NCBI GenBank assembly: GCA_963668315.1
Contig: OY764216.1
Coordinates: 1,280,001-1,344,000, forward strand
Origin: Spirochaetia bacterium
GTDB lineage: Bacteria; Spirochaetota; Spirochaetia; DSM-2461
Length of the DNA stretch: 64,000 bases
Direction: 5' to 3'
In this document: positions 17,649 to 27,814 of the stretch, piece by piece
Numbering within the stretch: the first letter of the stretch is position 1
How the letters are laid out: every line of letters starts with the position of its first letter
The notes under the pieces: model-generated
What the model saw: only the letters and a program-made list of their open reading frames with translations
Databases searched by the model: none
What the model was told of the DNA's origin: nothing
Translations under genes and position numbers: made by a program

Positions 17649-19190
17649 ATGAAGAAGTGCGGATTGTTCCTAATCATAATCGGGACAATGGTTTTATTTT
17701 TGGCGGGTTGCGGAAACAAGAGTGAAGTAAGTGAGGCTGCAGCAGTATCCCATACTCCCAAAGATACGATAACCATGGCTATCACTGAAGACCTTATGTC
17801 GATGGATCCCCAGGAAACGAATCGTCTTTCCAATTTTGTTATCCAGCAGCAGGTATATAACTCCCTAGTTTCCGAGCGCAATGACGGAAGCGGAATTGTC
17901 GATCCCGAACTGGCAACCGAGTGGAGCTGGATCGATGACACGACTTTGAATATAAAGCTCCGCGATGATGTCTATTTTCATAACGGAACGAAGCTGACGG
18001 CTAAGGATGTATATTTTACCATCGAGAAGGGAAAGAACACGTCCCGAAGCAAATCGACTTTTTCCAGCTTCGATATCGAAAATACCGAGATCGTCAATGA
18101 TTACGAGATCAACATAAAGTTTTTTGAGCCCTATGCTCCTGTTTTCAATACGCTCTCCGGAGGACGGGGCCTTATCGTTTCCAAGGATTATTTCGATGAA
18201 GTGGGTGCTGACGTAGCCGCCAGAAAACCCGTAGGCACCGGTCCTTATAAACTGGTGAACTGGACATCTGGTACGCAGCTGGATCTGGAAGCCAATGAGG
18301 ATTACTGGGATACGGCCCATAAGGCTAAAACGAAGAATATCATTCTTAAAGTCGTAAGCGCCCAGTCCAGCCGCGCCATAGAGCTGGAGACGGGAACATC
18401 CGATCTGGCGTTCGAACTGGCCACCGGTGACGTGAAGAGGGTTAATGAGCTTGAAGGTTACCATGCCGATGTGTCCCCCTCTTTCCGCTATATGACGCTA
18501 ACCTTTTCCATGCAGGACGAGACACTCGCCTCCAACAAGGCTTTGCGATATGCCCTGTCCTATGCCATTGACCGCCAGGCGATCATTGATGCTATCTACG
18601 GTGGCAATGCCATGCCGGCTACGGGTATGTATCCCCATAACGCCAAGTACTTCAAAAAATTTGATGATTTCATGCCCTATGACCTGGACAAAGCCCGGGA
18701 GTATATGGCCGAGGCTGGTTATCCCGACGGCGGTCTCAAGCTTCTGTTTAACTGTGAGGACCGGACCTACGACAAGATGATGGCCGAGGCGATACAGGCC
18801 ATGTGGAAGGATATCGGTGTCGAAACCGAAATCATCGTTGGTTCATCATCGGTCTATAAGAGCCAGGGGCATCCTTTTCAAATCGCTATGAGAGCGGGGA
18901 ACGGGGCTGAACCCGCCAATATCCTCATCATCTACGATTCTGCCTTTGGAGATAAAATCGGAGGAAACGACAATTACATCGATGAGCAGCTGGCTCTTGA
19001 TAGAGCCATTCTTGATCCGGAAAAACGGTCCGAAGCATATAAGTCCCTGCAGGAGTATCTGTATGATATCCGCTTTACCGTTCCTCTCATCGAAACCTCC
19101 ATCATTTTCGGGCTCAGCGACAAAATCGAAGGTTTTGTATCCGATCCTCTGCAGAGCATTAATTTTAACGATCTGGTTTTGTATAACTGA
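17649..19190 (+). CDS. Peptide/nickel ABC transporter substrate-binding lipoprotein (family 5)
   Basis: LAGC lipobox; LATEW, LRDDVYFHNG and PVGTGPYK motifs. Confidence 0.93.
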   Translation: MKKCGLFLIIIGTMVLFLAGCGNKSEVSEAAAVSHTPKDTITMAITEDLMSMDPQETNRLSNFVIQQQVYNSLVSERNDGSGIVDPELATEWSWIDDTTLNIKLRDDVYFHNGTKLTAKDVYFTIEKGKNTSRSKSTFSSFDIENTEIVNDYEINIKFFEPYAPVFNTLSGGRGLIVSKDYFDEVGADVAARKPVGTGPYKLVNWTSGTQLDLEANEDYWDTAHKAKTKNIILKVVSAQSSRAIELETGTSDLAFELATGDVKRVNELEGYHADVSPSFRYMTLTFSMQDETLASNKALRYALSYAIDRQAIIDAIYGGNAMPATGMYPHNAKYFKKFDDFMPYDLDKAREYMAEAGYPDGGLKLLFNCEDRTYDKMMAEAIQAMWKDIGVETEIIVGSSSVYKSQGHPFQIAMRAGNGAEPANILIIYDSAFGDKIGGNDNYIDEQLALDRAILDPEKRSEAYKSLQEYLYDIRFTVPLIETSIIFGLSDKIEGFVSDPLQSINFNDLVLYN

Positions 19191-19291
19191 TCTTTCAATT
19201 CCCGTGTCGCTTCCATGATGCGGGATGGGGCGGAAAGGGCTGCTGTCGGCTCTTTCCGCTTGAGCCATTTAATTAAGAAAGGAGCCATTCT

Positions 19292-20263
19292 ATGGTGAAT
19301 TTTATCCTTAAGAGACTAGCCATGATGATTCCTGTTTTATTGGGAGTCACTCTGGTCATTTTTGCTATCATGTATTTTACACCCGGCGATCCCGCATCCA
19401 TCATTCTGGGTGATATGGCGACCCAGGAAGATCGTGATCTCTTTAATGAAGAACACGGATTGAACGGCTCTTTTTTGGAACAGTACGTCATCTACATGAA
19501 GAATATTATCCTGAAAGGTGACCTGGGGACTTCCTATACCACAAAACTGTCCGTAACCGAAGAGATCCTGTCCCGCTTTCCCACGACGTTCAAACTGGCG
19601 GGTTTGAGTGTTATTCTAGCCAGTCTGATCGGTATCGTCTGCGGAATTATTTCGGCAACCAGGCAATATTCCATCTTCGATAATATGGCGACGGCCGCTT
19701 CCCTTATAGGAGTGTCCCTGCCAAACTTCTGGCAGGGCATGATGATGGTTATCATCTTCTCTGTAGGATTGAAATGGTTTCCTCCTTCTGGATTCAGTAC
19801 GCCCGCTCACTGGATTCTCCCCGCCATAACCATAGGCACAAGTGCCGCTGCGAATATCATGCGTATGACCCGTTCCAGTATGCTGGAGGTTGTCAGGCAG
19901 GATTATATAAGAACCGCCCGTTCCAAGGGACAAACCGAATTGATCGTCATCTATGTGCACGCTCTCAAAAACGCCCTCATCCCCATCGTAACCATTATCG
20001 GGCTTGACTTCGGAAGACTTCTCGGAGGAGCCGTGCTGACAGAATCCATTTTCTCCATTGCCGGAATCGGTAAGCTGATGGTTGACGCGATCAAGGTGAA
20101 AAATGTCCCTCTCGTTCAGGGGGGCGTTCTGTTCATTGCCGTCGTTATGTGTGTCGTGAACCTCCTGGTGGATATACTTTATGCTTATATTGATCCGAGG
20201 ATCAGAGTCGAATACACAAGCAAGAGAGCCAGAAGAGGCAAGATGCTGGGAGTGGAGAAATGA
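19292..20263 (+). CDS. dppB: Dpp/Opp-type ABC permease B
   Basis: PGDPA, GDLGTS, QDYIRTARSKG and HALKNAL motifs. Confidence 0.9.
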   Translation: MVNFILKRLAMMIPVLLGVTLVIFAIMYFTPGDPASIILGDMATQEDRDLFNEEHGLNGSFLEQYVIYMKNIILKGDLGTSYTTKLSVTEEILSRFPTTFKLAGLSVILASLIGIVCGIISATRQYSIFDNMATAASLIGVSLPNFWQGMMMVIIFSVGLKWFPPSGFSTPAHWILPAITIGTSAAANIMRMTRSSMLEVVRQDYIRTARSKGQTELIVIYVHALKNALIPIVTIIGLDFGRLLGGAVLTESIFSIAGIGKLMVDAIKVKNVPLVQGGVLFIAVVMCVVNLLVDILYAYIDPRIRVEYTSKRARRGKMLGVEK

Positions 20264-21129
20264 GGGAACAGGAAATCAGAATTAAAAAGAAAAGTCAGTT
20301 CAAGGAGATTGTGCACCGGTTTATGAAAAATAAGGCCGCCGTGGTCAGTCTTGTATTTATTTTTTTACTTGTCATCGCATCGATCTTTCCGGGCCGTCTT
20401 GCTCCCTACTCTTATGAAGATCAGAATCTCAAGAACGCCTTCCAGTCTCCCAGCCTGGAACATCCTTTCGGTACTGACAATTATGGCAGGGATATCCTTA
20501 GCCGTGTCATTTACGGGACAAGAATCTCCCTGGGTATAGGCATCGTCGGCGTAATCATTTCCTGTACTGTCGGAATCGTCATAGGATCTGTGGCCGGATT
20601 CTACGGCAGTCATGTGGATAATATTCTTATGCGCCTGGTCGATATCGTCCTGGCAATTCCCCACATCCTTCTTGTGATGGCCATCGTCACCGCCCTGGGA
20701 AATGGAATGATGAACCTGACTATCGCTATCGGTCTCAGCGCCATCCCCGGTTACTCTCGAATCGTTCGGGCATCGATTATGTCGGAGAAGGGGAACGAGT
20801 ATGTGGAAGCGGCCCGGTCCATCGGCTCTTCCGATCTGAAAATCATCATGAAACACATCTTGCCCAATTGTATGGCTCCCATTATCGTGCAGTCCACCAT
20901 GAGTGTCGCCGGCGCCATTCTGTCTATCGCCGGACTTTCTTTCATCGGTCTCGGTATAACCCCTCCCATTCCGGAATGGGGCTCCATGCTGAACGCTGCC
21001 CAGGGCTTCATGAGAGACTGCTGGTTCATGGTGACCTTTCCCGGGCTGATGATCATGTTTGCCGTCTTTGCCTTCAATTTGTTCGGTGACGGTTTACGCG
21101 ATGCTCTGGACCCCAAACTAAAGAAATAA
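20260..21129 (+). CDS. dppC: Dpp/Opp-type ABC permease C
   Basis: HPFGTDNYGRD, EYVEAARSIG and GDGLRDALDP motifs. Confidence 0.9.
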   Translation: MREQEIRIKKKSQFKEIVHRFMKNKAAVVSLVFIFLLVIASIFPGRLAPYSYEDQNLKNAFQSPSLEHPFGTDNYGRDILSRVIYGTRISLGIGIVGVIISCTVGIVIGSVAGFYGSHVDNILMRLVDIVLAIPHILLVMAIVTALGNGMMNLTIAIGLSAIPGYSRIVRASIMSEKGNEYVEAARSIGSSDLKIIMKHILPNCMAPIIVQSTMSVAGAILSIAGLSFIGLGITPPIPEWGSMLNAAQGFMRDCWFMVTFPGLMIMFAVFAFNLFGDGLRDALDPKLKK

Positions 21130-21139
21130 GGAGAACCCC

Positions 21140-22126
21140 ATGGCATCTACATTACTGGAAATAAAGGACCTGAGGGTTCACTATGAGACGGATTCCGACG
21201 TTGTAAAAGCGGTAAACGGGATCAATTTGGTTGTAGAGAAGGGCGAGTCTCTTGGACTGGTCGGCGAGACGGGGGCCGGGAAAACGACTACGGCCCTGTC
21301 CGTGATGCAGCTCCTTTCCGATGTCTCCGCAAAAATCACCGGCGGGGATATCCTTTATGAAAATGAAAGCCTTATCTCCCTGTCTCCCCAGAAGAAGAGA
21401 GAATTCCGGGGAAATAAAATCTCCATGATCTTTCAGGATCCCATGACGGCGTTGAATCCCGTGCTGACCGTGGGAGCCCAAATAGTCGAAGTGATTCTTC
21501 TGCATAACGAGCTCAGCAGGCCGGAAGCGGAGGAGAAGGCCAAAGAGATGATGGAGCTGGTCGGTATTCCCGGATCACGTTTCGGGGACTATCCCCAGCA
21601 GTTTTCCGGAGGGATGAAGCAGCGGGTCGTCATCGCGATAGCCCTGGCCTGCACTCCGGAGCTCCTCATCGCCGACGAGCCGACCACCGCTCTGGACGTG
21701 ACCATCCAGGCCCAGGTCCTCGAATTGATCGCCAAGCTGAAAGAGGAGAACAACACCTCCCTGATACTGATCACCCATGATCTCGGCGTCGTGGCGGGAA
21801 CCTGCCAGAAGGCTGCCATTATGTATGCGGGAGAGATAGTGGAGTGGGGTACGGTCGAACATATTTTCAATAATACCTCCCATCCCTACACGGAAGGCTT
21901 GTTCGGCTCCATTCCCAATATGAATAAATCCGTAAGAAGGCTGACCCCTATTTCCGGTCTGGCCCCCGATCCCACCAATCTGCCGGAAGGCTGCAAATTC
22001 GCTCCCCGATGCAAATACGCATCCAAAGCATGCACCAAGTCGGAAATCCCCGTCAAGGAAATTGAACCGGGACATTTTACAAAATGCCTTTACCATGAGC
22101 TGGTGGGTAAGGAGAGTCAATCATGA
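21140..22126 (+). CDS. dppD: Dpp/Opp-type ABC ATPase
   Basis: GETGAGKT Walker A, FSGGMKQR, ADEPTTALD and HPYT motifs. Confidence 0.92.
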   Translation: MASTLLEIKDLRVHYETDSDVVKAVNGINLVVEKGESLGLVGETGAGKTTTALSVMQLLSDVSAKITGGDILYENESLISLSPQKKREFRGNKISMIFQDPMTALNPVLTVGAQIVEVILLHNELSRPEAEEKAKEMMELVGIPGSRFGDYPQQFSGGMKQRVVIAIALACTPELLIADEPTTALDVTIQAQVLELIAKLKEENNTSLILITHDLGVVAGTCQKAAIMYAGEIVEWGTVEHIFNNTSHPYTEGLFGSIPNMNKSVRRLTPISGLAPDPTNLPEGCKFAPRCKYASKACTKSEIPVKEIEPGHFTKCLYHELVGKESQS

Positions 22127-23091
22127 ATCCGATTTTAAAGGTCTTTTCCCTAAGTAAATTTTTCAAAACGACCGGAGGAATGCTTCATGCGGTGGACGGC
22201 GTCTCCTTTTCCATCGACGAAGGAAAGACTCTCGGCGTCGTGGGAGAGTCGGGATGCGGGAAGTCCACTCTGGGCAGAACTATTGTCCATCTGCAGCCTC
22301 CCACTTCCGGTTATATCAGCTTTGACGGCCTCGATCTGGAAAACACCATACTCAGGGGAAGGGCCCTGAAAGAGTACAGACGGAATATGCAGATGATTTT
22401 TCAGGACCCCTATTCGTCTCTGAACCCCAGGATGTCCGTCAGCGAAATCATCGCCGAACCTCTCGTCAACTACCATGTGCACAGAAGCAGCCAGGCCCTC
22501 TGGAAAAATGTCTTCGAACTGATGGATACCGTCGGTCTGGCCAGACGGCTTGCCAACTCCTATCCCCATGAACTGGACGGGGGAAGACGGCAGCGGATCG
22601 GAATCGCCCGGGCCCTCTCGCTGAAGCCCAAATTCATCGTCTGCGATGAACCGGTATCGGCGCTGGACGTATCCATTCAGGCGCAAATCCTGAATCTTAT
22701 GCAGGATCTTCAGGAGGAGATGGGGCTTACCTACATGTTTATCGCCCATGACATGTCGGTGATAAAGCATATTTCGGACGATGTCATCGTCATGTACATG
22801 GGAACCGTCGTTGAGCAGGGGACTTCGGACAGTCTTTTCCAGCATCGATTCCATCCCTACAGCAAGGCGCTTCTTGATGCGGTGCCCATCGCCGAGCTGG
22901 GGGCGCGCAAGAACCGAACCTTTCTTAAAGGAGAAATCTCCTCGCCCATCGAACCCAAGCCCGGCTGCCGCTTCGCCGCCCGTTGCCCCTACGCGAAGGA
23001 GCTGTGCCATCAGACTAGTCCGGTATTGGGCGAAGTCATTCCGGGGCACCACGTGTCCTGTCACTTCGTCAAGGAAATCAACAATCTTTAG
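22123..23091 (+). CDS. dppF: Dpp/Opp-type ABC ATPase
   Basis: GESGCGKST, LDGGRRQR, CDEPVSALD and HPYS motifs. Confidence 0.92.
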   Translation: MNPILKVFSLSKFFKTTGGMLHAVDGVSFSIDEGKTLGVVGESGCGKSTLGRTIVHLQPPTSGYISFDGLDLENTILRGRALKEYRRNMQMIFQDPYSSLNPRMSVSEIIAEPLVNYHVHRSSQALWKNVFELMDTVGLARRLANSYPHELDGGRRQRIGIARALSLKPKFIVCDEPVSALDVSIQAQILNLMQDLQEEMGLTYMFIAHDMSVIKHISDDVIVMYMGTVVEQGTSDSLFQHRFHPYSKALLDAVPIAELGARKNRTFLKGEISSPIEPKPGCRFAARCPYAKELCHQTSPVLGEVIPGHHVSCHFVKEINNL

Positions 23092-23105
23092 GAGATCGAG
23101 AATAT

Positions 23106-23948
23106 ATGGAAACAATGAGACAGTATAAAATCGCCGTCGTTCAGATGGATTCTCAAGAGAACAAGGAAGAGAATATGAAAGAGGCCGTCCGCTATATAGA
23201 CGAAGCGGCGGCGAATGGTGCCAAAATGGTCAGCTTCCCCGAAGTGATGAACCAGATCAGAAAGCCCGGAGAGAAGGTTGAAGGAGAGCCGATCCCCGGA
23301 TATACATCGGATATCCTGTGCGCCAAGGCTAAAGAGCACGGCATATATATCCACAGCGGCAGCTTTCGCGAACTGATACCCGGGGAAGTCAAGTATTACA
23401 ATACAGGAATAATGATTGATCCGCAGGGTGAGATAATCGGCGAATACCGCAAGCTGCATACTTTCGACATCACCCTTCCCGACGGAACGGAAGCGCAGGA
23501 ATCCTCGCGGGTTCGCCCCGGACATTCCATCGTGACCGTCGATACGGCCCTGGGAAAATTCGGAATGTCCATCTGTTACGATATCAGGTTTTCCGAACTT
23601 TACCGCCTGATGGCGCTTGAGGGGGCGCAGATTCTGCTGACTCCCGCCAATTTCACGGTGCCCACGGGCAAGGATCACTGGGAGCCGATTCTCAGAACCC
23701 GTGCTATCGAAAACGGCTGCTATGTCGTCGCCGCGGGCCAGATCGGCAAAAAAGCCCATGGCGGATCTTCCTATGGGAAAAGCATGGTTATTGATCCCTG
23801 GGGGACCATTGTCGCCTGCGCAAGCGACAGACCCTGCGTCGTGTATGCAGAGATCGATCTGGATTATCTGGATTCCATCCGGGCGAAACTGCGGTCCCTG
23901 GAAAATAGGCGGTCTGATGTATATGACCTGAAGAAAAAGGAGAATTAA
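23106..23948 (+). CDS. Carbon-nitrogen hydrolase (Nit1/Nit2-like amidase)
   Basis: E-K-C triad in FPE, YRKLH and ICYDIRF; 'TGKDHWEPILRTRAIENGCY' signature. Confidence 0.9.
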   Translation: METMRQYKIAVVQMDSQENKEENMKEAVRYIDEAAANGAKMVSFPEVMNQIRKPGEKVEGEPIPGYTSDILCAKAKEHGIYIHSGSFRELIPGEVKYYNTGIMIDPQGEIIGEYRKLHTFDITLPDGTEAQESSRVRPGHSIVTVDTALGKFGMSICYDIRFSELYRLMALEGAQILLTPANFTVPTGKDHWEPILRTRAIENGCYVVAAGQIGKKAHGGSSYGKSMVIDPWGTIVACASDRPCVVYAEIDLDYLDSIRAKLRSLENRRSDVYDLKKKEN

Positions 23949-23950
23949 AG

Positions 23951-24616
23951 ATGGCTTTATCGGAAGAACTTATTGAACGTTTCATGAAGGTGGATCCTGC
24001 CACTATCGGGCATTATATCGGCGGCGGTTACATGCGTCCCAAGATGAAGCCCATTAATAAGCACAGCAAAATGGTCGGCCCCGCCTATACCATCAGAATG
24101 GAAGGAAAGGATGCCGCGCCTCTTCATTACGCCATGAAACATGCGCCCAAAGGTTCGGTGCTTGTCATCGACCGCTGCGGAGACGATACCTTCGCCTGCG
24201 TCGGGGAGATGGTCGCTCTTCATGCCCAGTACAGCGGATTTGCCGGAATCGTCATTGACGGTGTGGCCACCGATTCTCTGGGTATCGAGAAAAACGATTA
24301 TCCCGTTTTTTGTACCGGGATATCGGCGGTGATAACAAAAGTCCTGGGAATATCCGGGGAAGTGGATATAGAGATCAACTGCTGCGGAGCCGTCGTCCAC
24401 CCGGGGGACATCGTCTTCGGCGATGCCGACGGCGTGATCGTTCTGCCTCCCGACAACTATGAAGATGCTCTCCGACAGGCCGAAGCCTCTGTGGCCAGGG
24501 AGGTGACGCTCAGGGAAAAGATTAAAAGCGGTGCGGCCTCCGGAATGAATATCGACCGCTTATGGAATGCTGATGTCATGGGTATGATCGCCGAACTCAA
24601 GACATTTGATAATTGA
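23951..24616 (+). CDS. RraA / HMG-aldolase family protein
   Basis: MVGPAYT, ACVGEM, GIVIDG and VHPGDIVFGDADGV motifs. Confidence 0.88.
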   Translation: MALSEELIERFMKVDPATIGHYIGGGYMRPKMKPINKHSKMVGPAYTIRMEGKDAAPLHYAMKHAPKGSVLVIDRCGDDTFACVGEMVALHAQYSGFAGIVIDGVATDSLGIEKNDYPVFCTGISAVITKVLGISGEVDIEINCCGAVVHPGDIVFGDADGVIVLPPDNYEDALRQAEASVAREVTLREKIKSGAASGMNIDRLWNADVMGMIAELKTFDN

Positions 24617-24697
24617 TCTCAATTTGTGAGTCCCCGTGATGAAGGCTGTCGACGGCTTGAAGGCATGATCGAATATTAAAGGAATTATTACGTATTT

Positions 24698-25879
24698 ATG
24701 GAATCCGAATTCAAAAAAACAAGAGTGCTGTCTATTGCTGTTGCCCATCATATTCATGATATCTATCAGGCTTTTTTTGCCCCCCTTCTTCCTCTGCTGA
24801 TTGCAAAGCTAGGCATTCCTCTATCCGCGGCCGCTGTTCTTCAGGTCGTCCGGAATATTCCCTCCCTCCTTAATCCCCTGTTGGCTCTGTTGGGAGAGAA
24901 AAAAGGGTTCAAGTATTTTGTGATAGTGACTCCTGGGATAACGGCCATTGCCATGAGTTTGATCGGTCTGGCTAACTCATTCGCGGTTCTGCTGATACTT
25001 TTTCTTGTCGCAGGATTTTCTGCGGCCCTTTTTCACATCCCCTCTCCTGTTATGATCAAGGAATCTTCCGGCGACAAGGTGGGCACGGGGATGAGTTACT
25101 ATATGGTCGGAGGGGAGCTCGCAAGGACGGTAGGGCCGCTTGTCGTTACAGCGGCGGTTTCCTTCTGGTCCCTGGAAGAGGTTTGGAAGCTCATGCCCCT
25201 GGGAATAGCGGCTTCATTGGTTCTTTTTTTAAAATTCAGGGACTTTGAAGGAATCGCCCAGAATAGTAAGAGAACCCGACAGGATGGCGCCGTCAGTATT
25301 CTCAGGGATTACAAGTTCTTCTTCATCGCTCTGGCCGGGTTCATCATGTTCAATTCGGCCATGAAAACGGCTTTGACCCTTTATCTGCCGGTCTACCTGA
25401 TCGGAAAGGGAGCTTCTCTCTGGTATTCGGGGATTTCTCTCTCTGTTCTGCAGGGGTTCGGCGTGGCGGGGACTTTTTTCTCGGGGACACTGTCGGACAG
25501 ATTCGGCAGAAAGAAGATGTTGATCCTTTTTTCTACCGGAACGGTTCTCTTTATGGGGCTCTTTACGCTTTTCAATAGTATTGTTCTGCTCGGTTTCCTC
25601 GGATTTTTCATGTTTGCCAGCGGGCCGATACTATTGGCTGCCGTGCAGGAGACAAAAACCAGAATGCCCACATTTATGAACGGTATGTATATGTCCATCA
25701 ATTTCGGCGTCGGATCCCTTATCGCTCTCCTCCTCGGATTTATGGGAGATCATATCGGTTTGGATAGGTGCTATCTTATCTGCAGCGCTTTGGGTTTCGG
25801 ATTGATTCCCATGGCTTTCATCCTTCCCTCATCGATTAGTCGTTCCGATCGTACGACGTCCTTGGAGAAATTAACGTAA
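24698..25879 (+). CDS. MFS transporter (Fsr-like)
   Basis: About 12 TM segments; 'AHHIHDIY..PLLP', 'ALFHIP' and 'GTLSDRFGRK' motifs. Confidence 0.88.
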   Translation: MESEFKKTRVLSIAVAHHIHDIYQAFFAPLLPLLIAKLGIPLSAAAVLQVVRNIPSLLNPLLALLGEKKGFKYFVIVTPGITAIAMSLIGLANSFAVLLILFLVAGFSAALFHIPSPVMIKESSGDKVGTGMSYYMVGGELARTVGPLVVTAAVSFWSLEEVWKLMPLGIAASLVLFLKFRDFEGIAQNSKRTRQDGAVSILRDYKFFFIALAGFIMFNSAMKTALTLYLPVYLIGKGASLWYSGISLSVLQGFGVAGTFFSGTLSDRFGRKKMLILFSTGTVLFMGLFTLFNSIVLLGFLGFFMFASGPILLAAVQETKTRMPTFMNGMYMSINFGVGSLIALLLGFMGDHIGLDRCYLICSALGFGLIPMAFILPSSISRSDRTTSLEKLT

Positions 25880-25964
25880 GGAAAGAATAATGTGGCCGTA
25901 GCAGCCATCGGGCTGTAGCCCTGTTTTTCTAGATACCCCATAAAATGAGATTAGGAGATTTCAA

Positions 25965-26510
25965 ATGGAAAAGTTAAGAATCGGTGATATTATGCCGGAT
26001 TTTCAATATGACACCCCTTTCCGAAAAGGGTGCCGGTTCTCACAAAAAATACGGAACGGGAAAAAAACGGCTCTGATCTTCCTGCGGTATTATGGCTGCA
26101 CTCTGTGTCAGTTTGATATGGCAAGGTTGCGCCGCATATATCCTCTTATCAAGGAAAACGGAGGGGAACTGATTGTAGGGCTTCAAAGCAATCCCGATTT
26201 GCTTGCTTCAGAACTGGGCTCTTCCGACGTCTTCCCCTTTGATCTGCTTTGTGATCCGGATCAGACTCTTTACCGCCGTCTCTATATCGATGTGGCGGAA
26301 AACAGGGAGGCCATGGCCGGGGAGAACACCATGGACAAAATCTCCAGGGCAAGGGCGGAAGGGTTCCAGCACGGAGCCTATGAAGGGGAGGAGCTCCAGC
26401 TTCCGGCCGTATTCATCACGGACAATAAAGGGCGGCTCTGCTATGTCCGTTATGGGAAAACCGTTGATGACATCCCTTCTCCGGAAGAACTGGCTGAGCT
26501 TGTTAAATAG
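25965..26510 (+). CDS. Peroxiredoxin-like (AhpC/TSA) CxxC redoxin
   Basis: FLRYYGCTLC, FPFDLLCDP and QLPAVFI motifs. Confidence 0.8.
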   Translation: MEKLRIGDIMPDFQYDTPFRKGCRFSQKIRNGKKTALIFLRYYGCTLCQFDMARLRRIYPLIKENGGELIVGLQSNPDLLASELGSSDVFPFDLLCDPDQTLYRRLYIDVAENREAMAGENTMDKISRARAEGFQHGAYEGEELQLPAVFITDNKGRLCYVRYGKTVDDIPSPEELAELVK

Positions 26511-26530
26511 AACTAATAAGGAATGGAATT

Positions 26531-27742
26531 ATGAAATACGATTTTACATCAATCATTGACAGGAAAGGAAAAGACGCTATCGCTGTTGATGGACTCGGAA
26601 CGAACCCCGGATTTGCCCCCTCTCTTCCCAAATCGGGTTTCGATGCTATCCCCATGTGGGTGGCCGATATGAACTTTCCCACGGTCCCGACTATTACTGA
26701 AAGCATCATCGAGAGGGTTAAGCACCCGACTTTCGGATATTTCAGCCCGAAGGATGAATATTTCTCATCCATCATCCGGTGGCAGGAAACGCAAAACGGC
26801 GTGGAAGGGCTTCTCCCCGAAAACATTAAATATGAGAACGGTGTTCTGGGAGGACTGGTTTCGGCTCTTTCGGCTTTCAGTGCTCCCGGTGATCCGGTTC
26901 TGCTTCACAGCCCGACCTATATCGGTTTTACCAAATCTATAGAGAACATCGGCAGAAAAATCATCCACAGCCCCCTCATCCAGGACGAAAAAGGTATCTG
27001 GCGAATGGATTTCGAAGACATGGAGAAGAGGCTCAAAGATCATAAGATCCATGTGGCCGTGTTCTGTTCCCCCCATAATCCCTGCGGCCGGGTATGGGAG
27101 AGGTGGGAGCTGGATAAAGCCATGGAGCTCTACAAGAAATACAACTGCATCGTGATCAGCGATGAGATCTGGTCGGATATCATTCTTGAGGGGTACAAGC
27201 ATATCCCCACCCAGACCATCAGCGACGATGCCCGCAAGAGAACCATATCCCTTTACGCCCCGAGCAAAACCTTTAATCTCGCCGGTTTGATAGGAAGCTA
27301 CAGCATCATCTATGATTCCTACCTGAAGGACCGCGTGGATGCGGAGTCATCGAAATCCCATTATAACAATATTAACGTCTTAAGCATGTATGCCCTGATT
27401 GGAGCCTACAAAGACGAGGGATACCAATGGCTGGGGGAATTAAAACAGGTTATCACCGGAAACGTGAATTATGCCTGCGATTACATAGATAAGCATTTTG
27501 AGGGCGTGGAAGTCTCCCGGCCTCAGGGGACCTATATGCTCTTCATCGATTGTGAGAAATGGTGCCGTGATCACGATATGACGATGGATCAGCTGGAACA
27601 ACTCGGATGGGATGTGGGGGTGGCCTGGCAGGACGGCCGGATGTTCCACGGCCCCTACGCCATCCGCCTGAATCTGGCCCTTCCCCTGAGCCGTGTGGAA
27701 GAAGCCATGCGCCGCCTGGACACCTACGTCTTCAACGCCTAG
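26531..27742 (+). CDS. MalY/PatB-family PLP-dependent C-S lyase/aminotransferase
   Basis: PMWVADMNF, CSPHNPCGRVW, ISDEIW and APSKTFNLAG motifs. Confidence 0.92.
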   Translation: MKYDFTSIIDRKGKDAIAVDGLGTNPGFAPSLPKSGFDAIPMWVADMNFPTVPTITESIIERVKHPTFGYFSPKDEYFSSIIRWQETQNGVEGLLPENIKYENGVLGGLVSALSAFSAPGDPVLLHSPTYIGFTKSIENIGRKIIHSPLIQDEKGIWRMDFEDMEKRLKDHKIHVAVFCSPHNPCGRVWERWELDKAMELYKKYNCIVISDEIWSDIILEGYKHIPTQTISDDARKRTISLYAPSKTFNLAGLIGSYSIIYDSYLKDRVDAESSKSHYNNINVLSMYALIGAYKDEGYQWLGELKQVITGNVNYACDYIDKHFEGVEVSRPQGTYMLFIDCEKWCRDHDMTMDQLEQLGWDVGVAWQDGRMFHGPYAIRLNLALPLSRVEEAMRRLDTYVFNA

Positions 27743-27814
27743 GAATACCGATGAAAGCCCCTTCCCGTGATTTTCCGATTTCAACGGATGGGGCTTATTG
27801 AGCAGGAGGAAACG

